From NCBI RefSeq assembly GCF_003704095.1, contig NW_020843680.1, forward strand, positions 1-64,000: a stretch of 64,000 nt of DNA, in the 5' to 3' direction. Shown one piece after another: positions 13,701 to 24,160 of this stretch. The position numbers and the translations under genes were made by a program. Under the pieces are notes generated by a model, which searched no databases, was not told where the DNA came from, and saw only the letters and a program-made list of their open reading frames with translations. The stretch's first letter is position 1. Each line of letters starts with the position of its first letter. This stretch comes from Pocillopora damicornis. Taxonomy: Eukaryota.

Positions 13701-16254
13701 TGCTTGACGAAGGACTTCATCTGTGCCGTAAATCAACTTATTACTTGCTGATCCACCTGGTACCTGAAAAATTATTACAAAATAAGAACAATAACATTAT
13801 TCTGTGCTCCATGATGCAGTGGGTAAACAATTATTAGCAACAATATCATCATGGTTCTCCCTCTTATGGTCGTAAACACAATTTACTGTGTGAAATCAAG
13901 CATTGTGCAAAATTTCAAATCATCTCTGAATTAATGTACAAAGAATGTCCAAGCTGCAATGTATGTAAGAGAAAAGAAAATAAATAGCTGGTGTACCTTT
14001 CCTCTGATGAAATGTTGTCTCTTGGTGTATTTATCATTGGATGTACTTGTTTCAAATGAAGAGGTAAGCCCTAATTCATAACCTTGGTTGTGGGCATTTT
14101 TTAGATGATAATTCTTGCTTGATGGTCTGTATGTGTCCTGCATTGCTTTAGGATTTGCCTTTTGAGGCTCTAGTGGGAAAACTGAACACAATGCAAACTA
14201 TACATTATTAAAATGAAAAACAAAAACTTGTCACCACTAACATTAAGTAATTAAATTTAGGTAAAGTTAGCTATGAGGTTTTAAAATGTGTTTATTTTCA
14301 ATAGTCTTGTCCCCTCTGTGTCATAAAAGTTTTTCAAGGATTGTATGCCTATCCACATTACAGGGTTTGATTTAAATAATTAAAAGTAGATTACCCACCA
14401 ACATACATTGAGGCTAAAAGCACTAAAAGTACTTGCACATTATTTACTATAAGTGCAGGTCAGAGTGCCTTTTGTCATCAGTGCTGGTGCAATTAAATGT
14501 AGATTACTGAATGACATACATTGAAGCTAAAAGCACTAACATTACATGTGCATTATTTATTTGAAGTGCAGGTCACAGTGCCTTTAGTCATCAGTGCACA
14601 TGCAGGAAAAATCATTTTCTCTCTTACCAGAAGAGCTACTTTTTTCTCTTTGGTCTGATCCGTACACAAGCCCTGATCCTGATGTACCACCAATTATCTT
14701 TCCATTATGAAACCACTGAGTTTTATGGTGATGATAACCCGACTCAAATGGGGCTGGCCTAACTTGATCCCTATCAATCAGTCACGTACAGATTGATTTA
14801 TTTCAAATGTAAAATATTTATAATTGCAGCTTGTTGAAGAATAAAATCTGCTCAAGTTGACTCTATCTACTGGAACTGACCAATGAATTATTATTACTAG
14901 TTATTAATACCCCAGTTTTTATCAATCAAAATGTTTAGAAGTTCAATCCAAATACATTCCAAGTTCTTCCATCTGTTACTGTGAACCACCAGGAGTAATC
15001 AGAGATATTTACACACTGATCACATAATTGAAAGGCTCTTAATTTTCAGTGGTAGTCAAAGATAGATGAAAGGAATTACTCTGATCATGAGTGACTGTTA
15101 CTTCTTTGTCAAAGAGATCAGGCTACAGTGTAAATGTTCTGATGTTTGTTACCAGAAGAGGAAAATTTCTTAAATTCCCTTTGATTGTTAAGAGGGTTCC
15201 AAGATGTATCATAAAATTATTCAATCATATGGTACATGTGAATGTAAATATATAAATTTTTATTAAATCCAAAGTTCAAAAAGCTGTGCTCTGGTGCAAA
15301 AGTATAGAGTAAATGAGTTAACTTGGGTCATTAATAAATATTGGTCTGAAGAGTTACTTTTAGTGAAGGCAGAAAGCTGCAACCGATGTAAAGAACGACT
15401 GTCACTTGAAAAAGAAAATATAGCCTCACAAGCATAATGTGTGTTGTGTAAGACTATTGATGAAATATAGCCATGCAGTTACGTGAATGGAATGTGTATA
15501 ATTTTCCCGTGGAAATGTCATTCTAACCGCTGGAAAAACAGCCTACAGCAATTGAATTTTTCAAAGCTGTTTTGGTCAACAAATTCCCGACTCGTCACTC
15601 ACAAAATTCCGATGAGGCTTATCGGATAGTAAAGAATTTTTATGAATATTAGTCTTGCAGTGTTGTTTAGAGACAGGCAGATTACAGTTAATCTTCCGTG
15701 CGCTATAAATATTTGAGTTTAAGCCGACTAGCAACATTGTGCATATTTTGGAAAGTTGAATATAGATGGTAGTCTAAGTAGAGAGGCCGTTCTCGAATCA
15801 AAGATCACACTATGAATAGAAGCTCGTGTAATATATGTCATGTATATGTCTTGAGTGAAATATGTCAATGATCCTTCATTCTTGTCACTAAAGTACATTA
15901 TAGATTAAAGAGAAAACGAACGTTTTCTTGGACGGTTAAGTTACCTAGTGAGCTCAAGCCTGATTTCACATTGGTGGTAAATAAAATAAATTTTCTGGCG
16001 CAATACTATTCGAAAAGGAACGATAACTATACTGCACCGACGCAACCCGCATTGCTGGCGTTAAACTGTACGTGACAAGAAGCTAATTTCGCGCGACCTT
16101 GAATCGATGATGCAATGCTCTTTTCAACTTCTTCGATAGGTCAAGTCGATCCACAAAGCTTAAATATCCTCTTAATAAACCATAAACTGAACAAAGACAC
16201 TTACATTAGTTGCTGTTTAGTAAAGACTTGGGGCAAATACCTCGTGCCTTACAT
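4767..16254 (-). CDS. Putative ciliary/centrosomal microtubule-binding protein with CSPP1-like PWG-x-G-G-G-A-P repeats (~23 exons, ~650 aa)
   Basis: A chain of phase-compatible GT-AG exons runs from 14770 (xDQVRPAPFESG...) to the stop at 4769-4767 (...LEFQNQHPTLTAL*). It contains YDPWGRPGGGAPI, YQPFGGRQGGGGAP, TDPFGREGAGAP, ANRPGGGAP, YDPWGRSGAGAPIKNSDGQI and RMWGRPGAGAPL, interleaved with short charged helices. The start codon is probably split by intron 1. Confidence 0.8.
6262..6510. repeat. Degenerate copy of an abundant non-autonomous interspersed repeat
   Basis: Inverted homology with the copy at ~11100-11385 (ccaatcag/ctgattgg-rich, ends ...ctcaattgaaaat). Boundaries approximate. Confidence 0.5.
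11100..11385. repeat. Degenerate copy of the same interspersed repeat family as 6262-6510
   Basis: Shares motifs (ttgagtgt...aatccagga...caaccaatcagat...ttgagttccca...ctgattggcc) in the opposite orientation. Confidence 0.5.
11962..12008. repeat. 22-bp tandem duplication
   Basis: ttccatcattgatgattttaaa repeated twice, plus a partial third copy. Confidence 0.85.
12566..12921 (-). mobile_element. Solo LTR of an LTR retrotransposon
   Basis: 356-bp segment with TGTA...TACA termini flanked by a perfect 5-bp TSD AATAT (12561-12565, 12922-12926). AATAAA lies on the minus strand near 12645. Confidence 0.8.
14386..14603. repeat. Imperfect ~113-bp tandem duplication (intronic)
   Basis: gtagattac...acatacattga.gctaaaagcactaa...aagtgcaggtca.agtgcctt..gtcatcagtgc occurs twice in tandem. 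Confidence 0.8.
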
Positions 16255-16291
16255 CTGGAATAAACACCTTTCAATGAAATCCGCCAAAGTC

Positions 16292-16305
16292 GTTGTTATG
16301 GCAAC
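16292..16305. promoter_or_regulatory. RFX X-box
   Basis: GTTGTTATGGCAAC (GTTGCCATAACAAC on the minus strand) fits the palindromic RFX X-box consensus. It lies ~40 bp upstream of the predicted first-exon donor of the repeat-protein gene. Confidence 0.7.
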
Positions 16306-18952
16306 ATTGAAGAAGCCAAATGACAAATTATTGTAAACAAGTGCGGCAACTAATTGACTTTTGAATCAAGTTCTGACACAATTCGCATAACAATGAAGAA
16401 GGTACAATGAAGAAAAACAGTCGATTGCAAAGCTAAGCGGGAACCCCAAAACAATCTGAACTTGCGCTAATAGGCAATCTTTCAAATTTTGAACCCCAAC
16501 GAGATAAGTCAAAACCGGGTGGTTTCAAAAAATTAAACGAAGAGACACTAATGATGAGCTTAAATCTGGCTAATTACTCAAACATTTGTTATCTATAAAT
16601 CTTTTTGTTTCATTAGTAGTCTATGGTATCTTAAGAAAATTGAAAGCCCTCCAGAAATATCTTCTTTTGTCACAGGCTCGAAATCGAGCATAACCCAGTT
16701 TAACACAAGTAGCCAAAGAGAGAGAGAAAATATCCGTAATTAGCTTTCTGGGGCTATCTTGAGCTTCCCAAGACCCTTACAATTCTGAGCAAGAAGAGCT
16801 TCTGTCCAAATTTTTATGTCAGAGAGTGTAAGAATATTCTTACTCAATTGTTTTACATGTACGTGGATTCTCGACCCACTCATCCATATACTTACCTTCA
16901 ATAAGTCACTTTTGCGCGAAGAAGTAACCCAATAATTTCATTACTTAAACTTGCACTATCTTACCTGCTGCCAGTAAGAAGTACAGCTTAAAACGATATA
17001 ATAATTTGTTTCAATGCAAACTAGACATTAACATACTAATGCCAGGTCAGATGTTACAAATTTTCAAACTCCCTAGGACATTGTTCGTCACCCGCCCTTT
17101 TCTAGACCTGAATAGAAATTAAACCCTACTTATATGTTTTGGTTTAGACCTTCAATGAAAACAGTTTCCCTTTCGGGAGCAGTAACCCCTTAAGCTGGCA
17201 TAAAAAGGGTTACGTCAAAATGTGTATTTTGGCCCCATACTGTGGAGTACACAAGCCGCCCCTGAATTTTTTTCTTTTGCAAATAGAGTCCGATTAAACC
17301 TAGCTTGATCCAAATCGAGTCAGAAACGGTTTGATATTAAAAATTAATGATTTAATTACCATGCACTGAGTTGACGTGGAACAGAGTCTTGCAGTCCTGT
17401 GGACTCCTCCATTGATCTCTCAATCTCGAGGATTTTACTGAACGATTTGACACAGGATAAAAAAGAGACGAACGAAGAGTTTCTCCCTGAAACAAAAAAC
17501 GAAAAACAAACAACAACGGTTCATTTTTGAAGAAGAGTGGGGCTGGGGAGAGGGTGCACTAATTGGATTTACGAAAATACTGGTTCACGATGATTACCGC
17601 TGGGAACATGGGTAAATAAACGTTCCCACAAGTAAATAGGCACTCTTCTTATAATCCAAAAATTAAGTTCAGTGACACATCAAGTTCAATTTCCTTAAGG
17701 GCTCGTCTTGTTGCATTCAAACAATCTAATGGCTTTTGTTCCATCAATTTTAGTTCATTCTAAGCTGACTTTTTCTATAGATTAATAACTCCGATGTGAT
17801 TAATTATTACTTCTCCTAAGAAAAATAGAGTCACGGGTATGAAACAACCATTGAGATCAAATCGCATCGAAAAGGTCTTCTGCTTCTCTAATTAAATTTA
17901 GAACTGTTTAGAAATGTACATACCGAACATAGCCGTCTAGGAATAGGAGGACCCCAGATGTTGTTAATGAAGACATAGTCGGGTGGAGCACTGAACGACC
18001 TCATTCAAAAACTATCCACAAAATGCCGTCCACTTTTGCTGCAATTTTCCTATCAAATTACTAAGCCCACCGTAAATTACTTATTTGATATTTGTGCTTT
18101 CTCAGCATGGATGATAAAATTTGAAAACTTATTAAAGGATACTAATTACAACGTCATGAATTCCTAATACAACTTATTAATGAAAAGGAGTATTACCTCA
18201 TAATCACAATCATGACGTCTGTAAGGAGACAACCGTCTCAAGTAATTCCATCTTTACGATGGGGATTAGAGCTTACTGGCTTGTGGGGTCGTGTTATGAT
18301 GAACATTAGTTACAAAAGTGATACTTAAAAGCCAATATATATGCCTATAAAAGTAAAAATTTTGCCGCCTATCATTTCAGTTTAGGGAACCGTGCGTTAT
18401 CATCATCATCGCCGTCGTCGCCATCATTATTTTTGAGAGAAAAGTGGCGGAAAAAAAATAATCTGCACAGACAACGACGTAGGGAAGAATGCTTATCAAA
18501 ATAACATTTCCACCCCCGGCCCCATCCAATAGAATGACAATATTCGCCCTCCCAGTGTACCAGATGACTTCATACATTGTTGAATTTCCTTTGAGTTTGG
18601 AGCAATTCTCAAATGAGTGCGTAAAGTAATCCGGACTACTTTTTTTCGTTTGTCTTTGGAAGTGCTTTTAGTTTACCTCGAGTTGGTAAGTGCGTGTACC
18701 CGCGATGGGGTCCAGACCTCTCACAGGCTGAGCCAAGAAATTCAGTAATAAACGCCAATCAAACATGATCACTGATGAGTGAAAACAATTTGGAGATCAT
18801 GTAAAGCAACCAAAGCCTCACTGTGTTCAACACATAAATTCTCCCACTTGCTGCTAAGTAAGCGTCCATTAAAGAATTCAATTGTTCTTAATTAAAACGG
18901 AACATTTAATTAACCTCAATGAAACACATCTTTAAGGAACATTTCATTCTCT

Positions 18953-19122
18953 ATATAAAACTGTTCTAATGAGGCCTTAAACTTCTGTTTAAAATATAAA
19001 ATCTAAAACCCAAGCTTTTTCCGATCAACGGCATGATGATGATGCCGTTGATCGGCGAAAGCTTGGATTTTAGATTTTATTTTTTAAACAACAGTTTAAG
19101 GTCTCATTAGAAGAGTTTCATA
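18953..19122. repeat. Long near-perfect palindrome (hairpin, ~80-bp arms, 7-nt loop)
   Basis: ...ctaatgaggccttaaac...ccaagctttttccgatcaacggcat-gatgatg-atgccgttgatcggcgaaagcttgg...gtttaaggtctcattag...; a 12-bp direct repeat atttcattctct occurs at 18941-18952 and 19161-19172. Confidence 0.85.
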
Positions 19123-20392
19123 GTTTTAATTATGCTGGTGAAGGACAACATGAACAGATTATTTCATTCTCTCTTTAATGACATCACGAATTCCAACAAT
19201 GGTGGCCTGGACATTATCATATTAATTTAAATAACAAGAAATTGAATATACTGCAGTCCAACAAAAGATAATATTCTTTTCACACTAATACTACAGAGAA
19301 AGATTTAGGATAAGCTATGATATTCAGTACACTGCATGAACACAGTTGCACAAGGACACCTAGATACCACTATCCCCAGCTTAACTATACAACTGTCAAT
19401 TAATTTCACTCATGGTATTTAGAAAGCAAAAGTTTAAAACCGCAATTATGGAATCTAATTCCCAAACAATTCCCAACCAATTGACTTATGCTTAAATTCC
19501 TGTAAAACACAGACCTGTTTATCAAACTATTTTGTATTACCAAAACTGTATAGCCTGATTTATGAGCCTGAACACAGTTGCACTCTAGTCCTTTTACTGA
19601 CAAGACAAAGGCACTTGGGAGCAGCTTATTTCTATCAGTTTGTTCATAAGTTTGAATGAGTTACAAGTATCAGTCTCTTGTCAACAAATAAGCCTTGTGC
19701 AGATCGTGATTTCCTCCACAATTTTAAAAACTAGTCCAGAAGCTCTTATCAAAGGTGATCACATAGTTTAGAAGCTTCAAAAGGCATGATTTCTTTCAGA
19801 ACACTAGATTGGAAGAAAGTGTTTGTGAAGCCTACAGAGAGTTAGTGACATATTGGTTGAGAAACTAGTAATTGTATAAACAAATATTGACTTAACTGTT
19901 ATCATCAATTAAAGCCTTTATATTTGACTGGGAAAATAGTCTTTTTCATAACAGTGCTAACCCTTTTTGACTAATACTGTTAAGTTGGCATGTTATTCCA
20001 TATAAACCAAAGTCTGTACACTGTACATGGACTGTATTATAGCATAATCATCATCCTTATAGCTGTGTTGTAATATGTTATTTCATTATTCTTTCTTCAT
20101 AAGCAACCAATGGAGTCTCCATATCAGAATATTCCAGACAAGTCCCATAAGCAACTGACTATATATAATTAATACATTGATTATTTACAGTTTTATTAAC
20201 AATTATTATTACTATTGTTAAAATCAAGATCAGGGGAAAAAGATGATCCTGAACTCTTCCTCTTTCTCAACCAGTTGTGCTCTGTTCACACAGTATCTAA
20301 ACCAAGTCTGTTTTTAACTTCAACCCTCACTGACTTAACCTCACCCAACATTATTGATTATTATTAATTACTTAGTGAATACATGGCAGATG

Positions 20393-23300
20393 TTAATAAT
20401 CAAAGCGACGTTCTCTCCCATATTCTAAACCAGGTTTTACAACATCCACATAGTCCAAGTCCAGGTCATAAAACTCACTTAAGCTGTCACCATCATCATT
20501 TCCTGCCATTTTTGTTATAGATTCCAATGGAATTATTTCATAATCCTCCAGTACAAAGTCAATTTCATCCCTTGGTGTTCCATGCCAGCTGCGGCTCAGT
20601 GGATGTTCTTCAGTTTGTCCATCTGGTTCTGTAAACGATGCACTTTCTGCACTGTCTAACCCATCCTCACTGCTACCAGGAATTGTGGGAAGGGTCAGTT
20701 GGCCACCAGGATATGCACAGCAGCTGATACTGCGACATTTCTTCATGTCTCTATTGGCTTCAAAGGGAAATTTATTGATTGTTACTTTCAGACAAGTGAA
20801 AAAAAATTTAACTTTTTAATTACATCATACATGACAGTAAATAAATATAATAACCGTTCTCTAAATAAAATAATAACCAAACAAAAATTAATGTCATTTT
20901 TCAAAATATTTTAACTTGAAATTCTTGTGGCAAGTATATTCTGGAAATGATTACATGGTACTGAACCTTTGAAGCAAAAGTTACTGAAGAGTAAACAGCA
21001 GCTTAATGGTTCAATTTTTTTTTTGCTCCTGATACAGTTTCTAGTTTTGTGTAATATTGATTGTCCACTGAAAAAATATGCAACATTTTCACTCATGTAG
21101 TTAGTGGCTATGTACAATATACCCACCTGGATGTCATGTGAACATGTTTTCTAAGTTAGATGTTAAATTTGGTGTAATGATACTCTACTGCATAATATAC
21201 AAATATTGATATCATTATTATCATTAGTAACATCACTGTTGCGATAAAAACTATAATTATTAGTATTACTATTAGTGTTATCATACAGTAAAAGGTGTTG
21301 CTAAAAAGACAAATCTGAGCCAAACAGAAAATAAAATATTAGTGCATTGGAGTTTTTAATTAGTAAAAAAATTGCCATTACAGAATAAATGAGATGTCAC
21401 TGCTAGCATTTTTGAAGCTCACCTGGAACATCAATAGCATCTTCAACAGCAGTATTAAACCCAAACAGGTTATCATTGTGAAAACTTGACCATTCCTTAC
21501 CGTAGGATTTGTATTTCAGGGTTTGGGGCCTTAAAAATTAAAGAAAAACATAACTCACTTTTCCACTGACATACATCAATCATAAAGAGAAACTACTTTG
21601 GGGAGATACACTATGCTGATGGAGTGTGTATTTACACACACACACACACAGTGCACAATAAATGGAAATGTAGGAGGATCACTGGCACTAATGGCTTCCT
21701 ATTCTTGATGAGTAAAAGTTGTTAATGTGACTTAAGGTTATTAAGTGGATGAGAGCCTTTGGTTCTACTCCAAAACATAAAAAGTAACAAGTTTCTCCTG
21801 GATGGGATGGTTTTTAATAACAAGTGACACTCTGCATTTTATCAGATTTCCCTGATAGTTTGCAGATCCCATTCAGACTTCTGCATGGAGAGAGGTACTA
21901 TGAGAGTTAATTGTTTTAACCCTTTAACTCCCAAGATCTTATTAGTAATTCTCCTTACTATCTCCCATACAGTTCTTGTGATGTTAGTTTGGAGGATTTA
22001 GAATTGGATCATCTTCGAATCCCCTCACTGATATTTTTCTTGATTCTCATAACTTGTCTGCTAACATTGCTTTGATATTGTAAGGAGAAATTCTGTCTTG
22101 GTCACTCATGGGAGTTAAAGGGTTAACCAAGAAACACAAAGGATCTTAAATACAGCTAAATCCCACAACTCCTGATAAAAAGACTGACATCCAACTATTA
22201 AGTCACCCTGTCTCTCAAAAGTTTACAATCTTGAGAGGTAAAGCCCCTCTTTTCCTTACTTTTCTGCAGATGGATACTCTGCACTGAATGTTTTTGTTCT
22301 GGGTCGTCTTTCTGAGTCGTCCCTCTTCAATTCTTTCTCATGCAGTCTATGAATAAGTGATCTGATACCTCCCGGAGTTCGTGTTTTCATGTAGTAGTCC
22401 ATTTGATGTTTACTGAGACTTGTCTGCAGAAATAGTAGCATGGCTGAATTGTTCACAAAAGAATTAATGCTTGCAAGCCTGTTGAGAAAAAAATTGTTCA
22501 GAAAAAAATATGTTAGAAGGCAATATTTCACCAATTTTCTTGTTAATACTTTGAGACTTATTGAATGTCACCAAAACACAGTCACAAATGTGACCAAGAG
22601 GAAAGGAACTTCTACCTGTAAACATAAACTCCTAAATTACCATCTGTAAAAAAATTAATCGTATTGAATAGATCAAGTTCATATTAAAGGAACTGGAAGC
22701 AATAAAAATCAATATGAAACTACAACTGGGTTTGTAGTAACTTTGTACACAGACCTATTCAGAAATCTTGATAATCCTTCTTGGCGTTTCTGTAAAAAGC
22801 TCTCCTTGAAACGTCCAACATACTGTTTTCTTGGTAGATGTGGAACTTGCCTATTCAAAATAAGTCATTTATTCTTATGTTTTAAATATGAATCAGTTCA
22901 AAAAAGGCAAAGGGATATGTATATTTATTGTACCACTATCAATTAAAAATCAATTCACAAATATCTTAAGCCCAGATTGACATCATGACCCAAAATTTAA
23001 AAACAAAGAAATCATTTTATTCAGACTTGAATATTTGTTTGAAGTTCTAATAATTGGAGAACTTTAAACCTCCAGCACACTTACACCATTACAACATCAT
23101 CAAGACCCAATCTGGTTCTCAGCCAAACAAACTCTGAATATCTTCGTCTCACTTGAGAATGGAACAATGGAAATGCAGGATGATTTGTCTACAGAAAGAT
23201 TAACAAAGGTAAGAGAGAACAATTGCGATAAAATTCATTTGAGGAATTCTTGTCTATGATTAAATTTTGAGGCATGTGATTATCATGTGCTAGTCACACC

Positions 23301-24160
23301 TCTGACATGCCCCCTGACACACCTCCAATAAGTAAATCATTATCTCTACTCACTTTGGAAAAATTTGGTTTCTTATTCCTATCTTAGAGCAAAGGCTGGT
23401 TGCAGATAAAGACATCTTATTATCGAATAAGTCACTTTAAATTTCCAAAATTGGGTTGGTGGAATAAATTCTGTTAAATATGCCACTCTTAGTGTACATC
23501 AATGTAGGGTTGATTCTACTGCAACATATTGCAGTACCCTAATTTCATAACATGATTGGCATGAGGGACGATACTCTGATTTTACTGCTTACCAGTTAGA
23601 ATTCATAACATCAGTTGTTTTCTTTGCTCATTCCTCAACAAAGATAAACACACGCCTTTCGAATGCCCCAAATTAACGACGCAATGACAAAGGAAATTTG
23701 CATGACTTTCGATATTAGCTTCGACCCACAGAACATGGTTGAAGTTTATAAACCAGGAATGCTCATTTAAAACCTTGAGAGTTACTGAATACGATAACAA
23801 TTTGTGTTGTCCTAGGTCTCAAGGTTTCCGTGGACCTTGGAATGAATTGCCGCCCCCCAAGAGACTCAAAACTAACGAAACACCGGCTTACCTTCAATTC
23901 AATTTCGTAGTCAGTATAAAGTGCCTTTTCTTTCTCAATATGGGTTCGAGGATTTTTCACTTCGATTTCCAAATACTGAAAACACAACATAGCAAAATAA
24001 ATGAAACGAAAACATCTCGCAAAGTTCAGTCAGACTTAAAAAACAATTAGAAATCGCTTTTACACACCGCGTTGCCGTACGCAGTTTCTCCCACTTGATC
24101 TCTTATCATAATCCAATCAAAATTCGGCTGAAACAGCCTGTATCCTCGTCTTCTATGCAT
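20393..24160 (-). CDS. SNX10/11-like PX-domain sorting nexin, paralog A
   Basis: Approximate exons 24160-24068, 23975-23892, 23188-23085, 22850-22755, 22478-22260, 21529-21423, 20757-20393. They encode YLEIEVKNPRTH...YTDYEIELK/TNHPAF...VRRRYSEFVWLR/VPHLPRKQYVGRFKESFLQKRQEGLSRFL/...MLLFLQTSLS (PX plus PXe region) and an acidic disordered tail. Confidence 0.88.
21634..21650. repeat. (AC)n microsatellite
   Basis: acacacacacacacaca. Confidence 0.9.
21920..22122. mobile_element. piggyBac-type MITE
   Basis: TIRs CCCTTTAACTCCCA...TGGGAGTTAAAGGG flanked by a TTAA TSD (21916-21919, 22123-22126). It appears inserted into a decayed SINE-like sequence (ggagagaggtactatgagag...ccaagaaacaca). Confidence 0.88.

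Noticed and set aside
18764-18802. CTGATGA-gt-GAAA flanked by complementary catgatc/gatcatg, resembling a hammerhead
   Set aside because: There is no stem II and no U-H cleavage site in the right position.
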